From Novakomyces olei (lineage: Eukaryota): DNA of 64,000 bases. Shown one piece after another: positions 11,168 to 26,078 of this stretch. The position numbers and the translations under genes were made by a program. Position 1 is the first letter of the stretch. Each line of letters opens with the position of its first letter. The notes below the pieces were generated by a model that worked only from the letters and a program-made list of their open reading frames with translations, was not told the origin of the DNA and searched no databases. The DNA is taken from contig JADEYG010000015.1 of the NCBI GenBank assembly GCA_016906335.1, positions 434,001 to 498,000 on the forward strand. Direction: 5' to 3'.

Positions 11168-12529
11168 ATGCGACTAGGATCGCAAGTGCTACGCAATTTG
11201 CGCCTCAATATGGCAGAGTATGTGAACGGATAATAGCGTTTGCTAAACTATTAGGAAAAAGCCTTTAAAATTTTATGATATTGGGTTCAATGGCATCGGT
11301 AGTCTTGTGGTGTTGACTACAAACTAACAAGGCAAGATAGTGTATACCACGGTTTTTACCACGACAAAAGGCACCATGAGCGTAAGACAGACCGAACCAA
11401 GCGTAGCTAATGCAAAGACGACCTGGAGCAAGTGTTATCGCGAGCCAAGGCGGTTGGTGTACAAAAACTTCTTTTGACAGGCGATGATCTGGAAGGATCG
11501 CGACAGGCTCTTGAGCTGGCCAAGTCTGATGGTAAGCCAATTGGCGATCATTTTTTTTCCCAACGATGCTCGAATGATCTAAATTTAATCGACAATGAAT
11601 TGTAAATTGTGGTTTGTCTGATCTGATAATAGACTCGTATGTTTCTACGGTGGGTGTGCACCCGTGCCGAGCACAGAGTTTTATCGCGGATTTATCTCAA
11701 ACGTCCGAGCTAAAAGCTCTCGCTATTGAGGGCCAGAGATTGGGCAAAGTTCGGGCATGGGGCGAATTAGGGCTTGATTATGACCGAACTCATTTTGCGG
11801 ATATAGAGACACAAAAGCTAGCCTTTCGACACCAATTAGAGGCTGCGGCGACTTTAGACTTGCCTCTATTTCTGCACTGTCGAAGCTCAGTCTCTGATTT
11901 TCTAGACATTTTATCGCCTTTTCTTCCATCACTCCCAAGACGCGGAGTGGTACATTCGTTCACGGGTACCGTTGAAGAAGCGCAAAGGATAATATCTCAT
12001 GGCTTTTATATCGGTATCAATGGATGCTCTGTCCGTGACGAGCAGGGAATAGATGTCGTTAAAGCACTACCGATTGATAAGATCATGTTGGAAACAGGTA
12101 CAATTATTTCAACAGTTCCATAAACATCTATTTCCCTCTTTTTATGCCATTTATTTTGTGTCGGCCAATCTTTGAGTCACGTAGCACTACGCTTTCAAAA
12201 TTACAAGGACTGTTTGACTTGCTTTACACTCACAACTTTTATTACCCTCAATTACGTGATTATGTCGAACTCAAAATCTAATACTAGACGCGCCTTGGTG
12301 TGAGCCGAGACCGAGCCATGCTTCGGCCAAATACCTTTCGTCGTACCCATTGAATGTTTTCGAGTCGGTGAAAAAGGAAAAGTATCGGCCAGATTATATG
12401 GTAAAAGGACGCAACGAGCCCTGTGTGCTTCCACGAATAGCCTGGGTCGTGGCGCAAGTCAAAGGAATACCACTGGACGCTCTGGCGGAGACGGTATGGA
12501 ACAATACAGTACGCGTCTTTAATGAATGA
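11168..12529 (+). CDS. TatD-family DNase (TATDN1-like), 6 exons
   Basis: Spliced reading KFYDIGFNG|DSVYHGFYHDKRHHE|HDLEQVLSRAK..STVGVHPC..GELGLDYDR..LFLHCR..VVHSFTG..MLET|DAPWC..KGRNEPC; stop 12527-12529. Confidence 0.88.
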
Positions 12530-13570
12530 AGAATCCGTTGCTACAAATAGATTGCCCATTCATATATCTCTACATATTATTATTTTAATATATACATGTA
12601 TAAAGGTGTGGTAGTGTGAAAGAGTCTGGATGATCAATATATGGCTTAGGCCATCACAGTAGTTGACACGTGCAGAAACCTACTGGACCAGGGTGATTTT
12701 GTAATTTTACACGGCTTTAGAGACGATAAGATAAAGCCTGAACAGAATACAATGCCTATGGAAAAACAAATTCGTTAGCCAGTATCCCGTCAAGCAGACA
12801 ACGCTGCGTCGAATCAGCTGGAGAGTCTCAGAATTGATATTAGCTTGACTCCAACATGGGTTATGGCTAGCAAAAGGAGAATTACGGGCAACGCATTTCT
12901 CTCCGATAGCTGGATTGCCCACAGTTTCCCGGGTCTATTGGCCATTTTTAGTCTATCTTCCACTCCAGATCGTGTGCATTAGACCAATTCGTTAGGCGCA
13001 AGCCCAAACAGTACTCGTGTCCTCCTTTCTAACCCCCTTATCATCTGCAATGGGATAATCAATGTATTAACCTCCTTTTTGAGAATTTTAATCTGTCGCG
13101 CACACGCACACTCCCTGACTTGAGTGGTGCGAGTAATAAATTACAAGCACAGACTATCTATATAGGATTTCCACCAACCATGTCGGGCAAAACCACGGTC
13201 CAGGCACTTTAATTAAACTAGTGAGACTGACAAGCGCAAGCCTTATACTACAATGGCCTCAAAGGCCCTACTCCCGTCGTGCTTCTACACGGGTGGGTAT
13301 AAACACGCGCAAAACAAAAGTGTTTAATTAGACTTGTGATTTGGCGTATATATAGGTGATGTCAAATACGAACAAAAATACACTAAATCTGTCGAATAAA
13401 CTGTACAAGGCAACAAAGTATAAGGCTTATATAATCATTTTGCCACGTGAGAATATGGTTTATGCACATACAGAATTGGGTAATAATCGAATTGCGGCGA
13501 CTAGACACGTACGTAAACCAACGCTCTCCCTATAAATTACTTGTCAATGAGCTCCACATAATATAATACG

Positions 13571-13590
13571 ACGCGTAAACGCGTTACGCG
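13571..13590. promoter_or_regulatory. MCB (ACGCGT) cell-cycle box cluster upstream of AXL2
   Basis: ACGCGT at 13571 and 13579 plus ACGCG at 13586. Confidence 0.6.
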
Positions 13591-14199
13591 GCGCGCACCT
13601 ACCCAAACGGGATCGAGAAGCTAATCGCACTGAAGGGGCAGACTGTGCCAGGAGTTGATCGCGCGGGCAAAGACTGCAGGCTGAATAATTACAGACGTTT
13701 GGGTTGAGCAACTAGCCAGCGACTGAACCAGATCCTTAGGCCTAACCAGCGCCGGCAAGTCGTAATTCTTGCAGGCACATTGTGAGACGGTCAGGAGCAG
13801 ACAGAGCAAGCCACAGAGCAAGCCACAGAGCAAGCTTCGAGTCTGGCAGCGCAGACTCAACTCAGACAGCCCGGGATCAGACACAGTAGGATTGCTCTAT
13901 TTTTTTATCGTACAGACACGAAAATTAACGTCTTTAGTCTAAGCCAGAGCCAGTCTACCTAATCACGGCTCGCGACTTTGAAGACACGACTACAAATATT
14001 ACGCAAAGCGATTCATGAGCCTAATTGTCGAGAGCCGATCCGCAGCAAAATCTGATTTGAGCTACTGCTGACGGCAGAAACAAAAAAGCAAAAGGCAGAG
14101 AAAAAGTACAGACAGACAAACAACACAGACAGACAAAGGTACAGACAGACAAAAGGTACAGACAGACAAAAAGTACAGACACATTGCCAAAGCAAGAGC

Positions 14200-15125
14200 A
14201 TGCTGCTACTACTGGCCGGCCTCTGCATGGCAGAGGCCTGCAGAGCAATTTCAGTAGGCTACGCCTTCAATTCGCAGCTGCCGCCGGTAGCACGAGCTGG
14301 CCAAGACTACTATTTCGTACTGTCAAACGAGACGTTTTCCCCACCCACGGCGAACGTGACACTGTCAGCAGGCGCACCGAGCTGGCTCGCCCTTGACGCG
14401 GCCACTCTGTCCCTCAGCGGGCAGCCCACGCAGGCAGACGTGGGGTCGCCCACGTTTACGATTACGGGCACTGACGCAGAGGGCCGAGTGGCGGAGAACG
14501 AGGCTACACTCGTTGTTACGAGCGCAGCAGAGCCACAGGTGCTGCAGCCGCTGGCTCAGCAGTTGGCTCAGCAAGGCCCGATTGACGGGTCTGGAGGCAT
14601 AATCCTGACGGGCAATGAGCCCTTTAATGTCACGTTTGCCAGGGACACGTTTGGGTGGAGTGGCAATGCCGAAGGCAGTTTACAAGGCAATTCAGAGGGC
14701 AATAACAGAGCAGAGCCGTCCTTTTATGGCGTCTCTGGCGATTTCACTCCGCTGCCGCCGTGGATCAGCTTTGACGCTGAGCAGCTGCGGTTCTACGGCA
14801 CAACGCCGTCACGCACGAGTGCTATTGCGCCTCCACAGTATTATACATTCAACCTCGTTGCCTCTTCCACACGTGGGTTCCGTAGCGCTTACGCGTCGTG
14901 GCACATTGCCGTCGGGACACACGCGTTGAGTATTAACGCGACTCACTGGAGCGCCAACGTGTCCTCCAGCAGCGACGCGTTCACGTTTCAGCTGCCACGT
15001 GACTCTGTCCGGCTCGACGGCTCTACTATTGCCGACGGCAATATCTCTTATGTGCAGAGCAACGCGAGCGACTGGCTGCACTTTGACAATGGCACTTGGA
15101 CTCTGAGCGGAGACCCACAATTGTC

Positions 15126-15157
<32 letters not shown>

Positions 15158-16959
15158 CTTCTTCTCCGTCAGAGCAGACTGTCGTTATTGAAGTGCAGGA
15201 CGTGTTTGGGGACAGGATCCAGGCGACAGTGCTCGTACAGGTCCTCACGGGTCTGTTTACGTCAGACTTTAGCAGTGTAAACGCTACCGCCGGCCAAAGG
15301 TTCGAGTACCAGCTCAACAGCTCTCGGCTGCTGGAGGACGCGGCTCCGGACGTGGAAGTGCAGGCCTCGAGCGATGCCAGCTGGCTCTCCTTTGACTCTG
15401 CCAGCCGCACTCTCTCTGGCACGGCTCCTCTGCGGCCGGGCAGTGTCAGCGTCCGCTGGACAGCCGCCTCGGCTTCCATGGGCCGCCGGGATACACGGAA
15501 CCAGACTATCAGTATCGTCCTGCCCGCCCGCCACACGTCCAGCCGGACAAGTCTCAGTACTAGTAGGACTAGTACTGTGACTAGTTCTGTGACTAGTACT
15601 AGTACAAGTACTAGTACAAGTACAGGGACTAGTTCTGTGACTAGTTCTGTGACTAGTCCTGGTGTTGGAGCAGAGGCTGCGAGCCGGGCGGGCACGGCGG
15701 GCCTGAGCACTCGCCAAAAACTGGGCATCGGCCTCGGCGTGTCGCTGCCAAGTGCTGCTATTATCGCCGGCCTACTCGTCTTTTGCCTTTGCTGTAGGCG
15801 TCGGCGGAGCGGATCGTCAGTGGACGGCGCACAAGGATCTGGCAAAGGATCCGGTGGAGGTTTCTACCGCAACCATTCGCCCACCGGCTCAAACACGATG
15901 CCTCCAATCTCTCGGCCGATAGCGACAAAGGACAGTAGGGAGGGGGCTTGGCCGATTGAGGACGAGTCCTGGGATGCGCCCCGGCGGCTGTCTGCCTTGC
16001 AGATCTTTAAAGAAAAGAGCGCAGACTCTCAGCTGTCGGGGTACATTGCCCGTATCCACGAGGGGCCGTACAGTGTGAATAATGGAAATAATGGAAATAC
16101 AAATAATACAAATGCAAATAATACGTACAATACAAATAATACGTACAATTATCCCAACGGCCATCCGCCACTAAGGTCGTGGCGGCGCCAGGCGACTCTG
16201 TCGTCGGACGAGTGGGAACACGATCTGCGTGCGAGCGATCAGAGTCTCGCCACGATTGCTACAAACGAGATTTTCAATGTCCACATGGTCAGCCCGAGAT
16301 CGCCTGAGCTGACGGAGGGACATGTGCCGCCGACGGTAGAGATTATGGGCCCGTCAGACCAAGGCGGAGACGGGATAGCCGCCTCTGAGCGGCAGCCAGA
16401 GCCGCTCAGCCAAGTGTACTCTGGCCAAGGCGTGCCGGCACGGCAGGCGGAGGATAACAGCGATGGCACTATTGGGCCCTATACGTCATCGAGCTCCAAC
16501 AGTGAGCACAATATGGGCAGGGACGCCACCCAGTCCACAATGGCCTCGCACAAGGAATCGATGGCCAGTTCAGCTCAGGGCAACAGTGAAGACTGGACGT
16601 CCTCATACGCAAATTCCTTTACCGAGGGCGACGACAGAGGCGACTACGCATCAGGTAGAGGCAGCAGCAATTCTGCTGCCAACTCTGAAGGAGGCAGAGC
16701 TTTGCTCGCCCGGCAATCAGCCGCTCAGTCTTCCATGGCTTCGTCACACTACCCGCCTAGCATGAGAGAGTCTTGCGCTACAAAGCTCAGCAGGATCAGT
16801 GATATCGACGACGACGATGATGATGATGATGAGAGCGCTAACGACGTTGACCGGTCGAGTTCGTCTTCCGGCTCGCTTTCGTTCGATTTGAGCCAGCATT
16901 CAGACGAGCATGAGGACGACGGAGGTCGCGATAGCAGTGGGAACGTGGCCTTTTTATAG
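14200..16959 (+). CDS. AXL2: Axial budding/polarity protein Axl2: signal peptide, cadherin-like repeats, S/T stalk, TM, disordered tail
   Basis: YAFNSQLPPVARAGQ, PSWLALDAATLSLSGQP, LPPWISFDAEQLRFYGTTP repeats; TM IGLGVSLP..LCCRRRR; single exon. Confidence 0.9.
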
Positions 16960-17279
16960 AGGAAACCGCGAAAAGTTTTGGTTTTGGTTTTGATGTTGTT
17001 GGAATAATACCCAAAGTTGTTTGAGAGACTAGTATACATACCCAAAGATTTAGATACATATAATATTGCCTGATGCTGAAATTTAATCGACTTGCTTGAA
17101 TTTCTAGATTTTGAATACAGAGTAAGAGCGCCACTTGTATCAAACTTATAAATAAATTAATGATTTAAAAAAAAAATTAGCCACTCCATTATAACACAGA
17201 TAGGTACACCAGAATGATCTTGCCTAGTCGAAGCGCTCCTTTGCAATCGACAAGAGCCAAAATCGTTTGAGCCAACTCT

Positions 17280-17675
17280 CTAGAAAGACAGTCTGTACAA
17301 ATCGTCTCGTCTCTGCAGCGGCATATGCGACCGGACAGTACGCACAGTATCGAGATTAACGTCACATAAACAGAATCCATTCTTATCTGCCACGTCTGAC
17401 ATTTGTGCGACAACGGTTCCCCATGGATCAATCACCATAGCGTGGCCATAGCTGCGTCTCTTTTCATTATGCTGTCCTATTTGGGCAGCGGCTATAACGT
17501 AGCATTGAGTCTCAATGGCTCTTGCCCGCAGTAGTACTTCCCAGTGAGCAGCTCCTGTTTTTTCCGTGAAAGCAGAGGGGAAAGTGAGAATTTCAGCTCC
17601 TCTCTGACGCAGAGCTAGAGAAATTTCGGGGAAACGGAGCTGAATTTGGTTATTATTTTGAAGACATGAATAAAA

Positions 17676-17758
<83 letters not shown>

Positions 17759-18541
17759 AAAGGACAATATTAATAAAATAAATTTGGAAACGAAAATAAT
17801 TATTGATTAATAAAGGATTATGCTCAATTGTATCTCAACATAGTGATTCAAACACATACGTCGAAACAAATCAAAAGCCCAACGTTCCCAATAGCGGAAG
17901 CCACACTTGTTCCTATATCGTTGCCCCGTGCAGTAGAACGTGATTCCATAAGAATCGGACCGTTTTCAATGTTCACATCAAATAAATGTAATTTTTCATA
18001 AGTGCGAGCAATCACTCCATCAACGTCAATGAAAAGTGCTCGATTCACGATCTTTGACTTGTCTGTATCACAGGGCGCGTGTACGCCAATGTTTACCTGA
18101 ACTTTCGAGTCTCGAGCTTGCTGACAAATTCCTTCTACAAATGCAAAAGTATCGGCAGAGTAAGTCAAATCATGAGATTCTTGAGCCTGATTTTTGTGAA
18201 TAAAATTGTTATATTCAAAAGGCAACTCGTGTTAAATGGACTTGCATACATTAGTAGCGATAAAATCGCTGGCTTCCGGCAGAAATACACACTGTTTAAA
18301 AAGTGTTTAGCAAACAATTGACGATACTAACGTAGTTTGTTCTCATGCCTGATTATAATGATTTTTTATTTTCATTAATCCTTTGCGGTTTGTTCATACT
18401 TTTGCTCCACTCTGGGCTGCCTGTCGTATAAGCCTCTGGCACAATCCCAGATTGCTTGTAATTGACCGGGTAGACGTGATCTATAATTAAGCCTCTCAAT
18501 TGTGACAGCTTATTTACCTGACACACTGCCGCTAGTACCAT
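17280..18541 (-). CDS. NIT2: Carbon-nitrogen hydrolase, Nit1 class (deaminated glutathione amidase), 5 exons
   Basis: MVLAAVCQ|..FLPEASDFI..YEKLHLFDV..ICFD|LRFPE..AHWEVLLRARAIETQCYV..HNEKRRSYGHAMVIDPWG. Confidence 0.88.
17669..17758. repeat. (TAAA)n microsatellite in a NIT2 intron; TTTA on the sense strand
   Basis: About 22 near-perfect copies. Confidence 0.95.
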
Positions 18542-19272
18542 TGCCGCTTAGCGTTAATTCGGTCGCGGGTTGCAGCAGATTGAGTGTTTGAAGAATGACA
18601 TCAAGTCTACACTAAAATAATAATAATAATAGTAAAATAGTTATTTACTAATTTGCTGTTTACTGTCTAATACAAGTTGTGGTAGTCTATGAGCTTCATA
18701 TTACACGTTGAATAAAATAAAATAAATAATATACTGCGATGTCGTATCACTCCTCTAGCTGTAGCACGGTAATATGACCCTTCTATGATCCTATGATGAT
18801 TCATGAAACTATAATGACCAATTATAATTCATACGCAGTTCATATAAACCATAAAATACATATTTCCTTTAGCTTTTCTCCACGACTATACCTGCCAAAA
18901 ATTGCCTTCTTTCGGGAAACATGATATCTTTTAAGAAGCTTTCTTCCGGTGAATCGAGCAATAGCTGTTTTTCGAACAAGAAAATAAAAACCATTATATA
19001 AGAATACAGGTTATTCCGCCAATAAAAAGGAAAATAAAGACAATGATACGAAACGATAATAATCATAGAGCAATCAATAATAAATATCAACAACTATAAT
19101 AGAAGAAAAGAATAAGCAGAGAAACAAAACAGGGAAAAAACAAAGAATGATATAATAGCCAGCAAACGACAAATTCTCTTATTTCTTCACCCATAGCGAT
19201 GTTACGTCATATATAAAAAAATAAAACAGAAACCACAAACAGATTCAGAGCGCTTTCTTCACATGCGCAAAT

Positions 19273-21465
19273 TTAACTCTTGCTCTCCTCTGCCTCCTGG
19301 TCGTCAATCACCTGTTGCATAGAAGCCCCGACGGAAACAATTTCATCCGAATCCGCAAGCAGCTCGGTTCCGTCCGGCAAAGTGATAATTTTTCCCTTCT
19401 TATTTCCTTGCTTTGACTGGCTGAGACCCGGCGAAGGCGCAGCTCCCATATCGTACTCTTGATGTTCCTCCTCAACTGATTCCTCATGGTTGGCAGCTAT
19501 TTCGGGTTCGCCATTGCTGTCCTCATCACCAACGACGCCCGCGTCTTCGTCAGAGTCTTGTTCATTTGTCGTGCTATATACTGCTTGTGGGTCGGATTCT
19601 CCATGATGATAACCGGGTCCAAGCATTTCAGCTGTTCATATCAGCAAGACGAGTTATAGATGAGATTTTAAAAATATAGAATAATGTAAATAGTATCGTA
19701 TTTAATTGCCATTTCATATAAAGCCTAAAATGAAACCAGTCCATATAGTATGGCTGAAATAATTTAACATGTAGGCAAACATAATGAAAACAAAATTATT
19801 ACTCAGAAAAAAAAAATTAGAAAAATAAGAAATAAATAAAAAAGAAACTAATATTATACTGGCAAAAAATTATTGACAATTAGACATACCATAAGAAGGA
19901 GGCGCTACTGGACCATCACCTTTCTCAACTCGATCCGCTACTAGATTGTACCATTCCTCTTTTGTTCGGTTCTGCAATAATGCTACGATGACCACAGTCA
20001 TGTTGTCGCAACCGATACCACCCATTTCTGCTGTAGCCGAGATGCAATTGTCCATCAGGTTTTCTGCTACGCTCTCAAGAGGCATTTTGGCGGCAATACC
20101 CCGCCGAACGAATTCAATAACCTCCTGTGAACTCTTACAATCCCAGATACCATCACAAGCCAGTACCACAAATTCGTCGTCTTCCGTTATAATGTGCTCA
20201 ATAACATCCGGGTAAGCTGCAAGTTAGAGAATATCATTAATGATAGAATAAACTAAGAAAAGCAGGAGATACGTTGTATTAAAGCAAAACGAATAAATTG
20301 GAATGAGTTGGGCGAATGCAAGAAACAATGCCCAAATTCAGAACGAACAAAAACCCTATTACTAAATTAGAAAGCAATGCACTTACCCGTTACAACTTGT
20401 CTTTCTGGCGGTAAATCCTTATTCCTTTTGAACTCAAAATCACCAATTGCTCGTGACAAAGCAAGATTTCCTACATAGTCAGCATCTAGGCTATAACCGC
20501 TTCTCGGTACCATTGACTCGGCCAAAATCTACGAATCCACCGGCCATCACAATTCTATTTTTTTCTGCTTCATTTTGCGGTTTATGGTCGTAGGACAACG
20601 GCTTTGCTCGACCCCGTGATCCGAGAACGGTGCGCGAATCACCAGCGTTAGCCTTTCAATTAGTACGGTAACGAATGGATGTAAGGATAAAATATAATAA
20701 AACAAAACAAAACAAAACAAAAAAAAAAAAATAGAAACACATTAGAGAAAATAAGGGCATCCTTACGCAATATATTTTGTTTTCTGGTGTAATGAGTATA
20801 GTCGTAGCCGTACATCCCGATGGATCAGACTGTAGAGTATCGTCAGCTAAAATTGCTTCGTCCGTGTGAATAAACGCCTGCTCTAGTGCTGTAGCATAAT
20901 CACCAGCGGAAAAAGCCTTTTCGTTGCTCAAGATTTTGCAAAGGTTGACACCACAGTAGCTCGCTACCCGAGAACCTTGAATCGTTAGAACTGTATTAGA
21001 GTGCTGATAGTAAAGCGACGGCAGCAAAAACAAAGGGCAATGAAAAGTACGATAAATTGAAGAGGAAAATAGAGCGATAGAACAAGAAAAAGTAACAGAA
21101 GCGGAAAGTCTTCAGCAATACATTGCTCATAGACTTGAACCGATCTGTAAACAAATTACGGGCATCTTCACTATATGATCGGCCGACATTAATTTAAAAC
21201 AAAACGCCAAAAGAACGGTGAGCCAAAAAAAAAGGTCTGTGAATAGCTGCAAGCACGGCCTACCTCCATGTCCGTCAAAAACAGCAAAGAAACTCATCTT
21301 GTCCGCATCCGGACCCGAGGCCTTTGGAACTGAAAGTACAGTAGAGTGAGCGTCCTCCATCGAGATTCTCCACCCCTGCATGCCCGACGCCCCGTACGCG
21401 TAGAATTCGTTTTCGCCATGGATCGAGTCCTTCGACGTTACTGGCTCGGAGAGTGTCTGACCCAT
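19273..21465 (-). CDS. PTC2: Protein phosphatase 2C (Ptc2/Ptc3), 6 exons
   Basis: [60 protein letters not shown]. Confidence 0.93.
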
Positions 21466-22503
21466 TGTTTTGTCAAATCAACCTTTAAATGTGAACAGTC
21501 GCGAGTGACGGCGAAGAAGTACACGTCCACCCAAGGTGGATTATTGATTGATATACGAGTCTCAATATATCAGATTTACCATTATTATGTTTTAGGATTC
21601 AGTAATATGGAACGCATATTTCTTCACTGTGGCCTCACGCACACTCGACATTGTATATACGCGCAAGTATATGCGTTATGTATGCGTTATGCTTGTATAT
21701 GTATGTATATGCGTATGTAATGAGCACGTAAGCCAAAGCTCGCTACGCGCGCATAACTTGGAAAGGCGGCGGGTTAAAAGAATGACATATATGCGGGTAT
21801 TATATTATTAATATTGTTTCTACATTATTAATTTTATTTTTAATCAATATCGAGGCCATACATATTTACTCCTCAATTATTATAAATATGTAATTATAAT
21901 ATTTGTTATCGAGAGTACCGCTTCCATATCCCACACGCCTGTTTGCGGACTACGCAGCCATCTCAAATAACCCTCAATCCTTTTTAATACGAGACTTTAT
22001 TATGAACATAAAAAAGCTTTCTTGACTTACAATGTGAATGAGGGTGTAAGCGCAGCAGTACTAAATCTAATCAACATAGGGCGGTGTACTCGGTACCCAT
22101 GATACTTTTTGATTGACGATGATGACAAGGCTCATATTTATATATATATATATGAATATTTTCACAAATATTTACCAATAAAACTCACGATATGTCGTCT
22201 GCTGGGCGTAGATTTGTTGCTGTTATGTTGTGCCAATTTAATATCTATACAAGACAACTAGTAATAAAGCAAGAAAAATTGACAATAAAGTTGAGCAGAG
22301 CAAAACAGATGAAGATAAAGTTAAATAAGTAAAAAATGAAACGAAATTAAATTTAAGCTTTCAAAGGCCCCTTCCACGTTGAAAGAATCACAATTCAGCG
22401 CTGCGCATAATACTTGTATAGACAAGCAAAATTAAAAAAGTAGAAAGTTATAACAACTGAGCATTCTCCAACGCAAGTTATTTACTACTATAATCGCTTG
22501 CAT

Positions 22504-24437
<1,934 letters not shown>

Positions 24438-24701
24438 TGCCGTCTGAGAGCAATGTGCTAAATCAGAACTTCAGACTCAAGTTGACTAAGATGCTCGCTA
24501 TTTGGGTAAAAGCAACGAGATTAATATGTAAACTAATCAATGCTATTATTGTGCATTTGTACTATTTTAGCCATAGCGATATAAAATATAGTAAGATATT
24601 AGAAGATTGTAATGTATTTGATAGATAGCCATTATGTAGACAAATAACGTCTCGACTCGTCATAATTGTCTACTAATTTCACATCACAAGGCTGTCCTTC
24701 G

Positions 24702-25430
24702 ATGCCGAACATTTTCGCCAATTTATATCAGCAGCGCGCTGTATCAGCGGACGATGCGAAGCCATGTTTTGTGGTATTCACTGGCCTCTGTATGATATAG
24801 TTTACTAAGAATCTAAAGTGCTTTCGACCGTCAAGTGTAGTTTTGATTACACCAAACAAACGAGTAAAGTAGTGTTTATTTGCCTTGCTGCTAACAATTT
24901 GTAAAAGGACTGGTAAAATTGATTTGTATCGCAGCGCTTACAAAAGGTTTTACACGTGCGTATCGCACCTTCAAGACAAAGGATTTTGTACGCCAAAGGA
25001 GGATAAAAGGGACAATGGTTCTGATTCACGACAACTCGCAATTAACCAGGAAATAAACCAGCTTAAAGAGGAATGGGAGGAAAAGCAAAGAAAAAAAGAA
25101 GAGGAAAGGAAGAAGAAGGGAACAGAGAAGTCTGAGAAGAAGGACGAGGCTCTTAACGAAAGCAAAAGCGACAAAGGTGGCGATAATGATGAGGGAAACA
25201 ATAATCAGAGTACGGGTAAAGATTTAGGGAAGGCAAATTCACATACTACAAAGAAAGACAGTGGATCTAATTCGCCACCGTCGCCTCAATTTTACGTGCT
25301 TCAGAAAGATTTCTTTTCTATGCGTTTAAACAAAGCCCGAAATGTGCAAAAGCAGCAACAAGTCACGCAATTACTCAAGTCAAACGCGCTTCCGTCTGCG
25401 CCTTCTACGCCTCTACAAAAACCCTTATAA
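24702..25430 (+). CDS. VFA1: Vps4-associated protein 1 (DUF1742), 4 exons including a 5-nt micro-exon
   Basis: Spliced MPNIFANLYQQRAVSADDAKPCFV|CFRPSSVVLITPNKR|DW|FYTCVSHLQDKGFCTP..coiled coil..YVLQKDFFSMR..LPSAP. Confidence 0.85.
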
Positions 25431-26078
25431 CAAAGATTCCGGATGAAGGTTAATGATCAGAGACTATCGATGGTTGCGATAATAATAAAATGCTTTACTC
25501 CATTGTGAATACGCTTTGCAACTATTGCCATTTATAATGATATCCATTACACTGAAACTTGTCCGTGAAAGACCGATTTAGCACATACATCGACTGTGGC
25601 TATGCTTACAAGACAGGTTCACGTACAAATCCGTCATTTCTACTTTATGAATCTTCATCTACTTATACCTTATACAGCTCATGAAGATTCCAGGTCGGAA
25701 GAGCCCATTATATTGAAATCCTAATCTAACTCACACGCCGATACGATGGAAAAAGGATTATTCCCAATCCCTGCACAGGTGGCAATATATAAATGTACCA
25801 ACAGATGAACATTAAATAAATGAAACTTGATAAAATCAAATGAAATCAAATGAAATTTAAATTTAAATTGAGGTAACAAAGAGAGAAGAAAAATTTAAAA
25901 AAAAGAAAAAGATAAATACAAGTGCATGAACAGTCAAATCACAAAATAAAAAATAAAACAAAACGTTTAGATTCGAAATTAATTAAAACTAAGAGGTTAA
26001 AAAAAAAACCGGCAGAATAAAATTTAGTATATAATTGTTTTACTTCAGAAAATTAAATTCTAAAATATAGGGCTTATG

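Noticed and set aside
13801-14181. Short tandem repeats (ACAGAGCAAGCC x3; GACAGACAAAAGGTACA) upstream of AXL2
   Set aside because: Simple slippage repeats without terminal repeats or coding capacity.
15556-15657. ACTAGT/AGTACT-rich repeated palindromes resembling an array
   Set aside because: In-frame Ser/Thr stalk of Axl2; no repeat-spacer structure, so not CRISPR-like.
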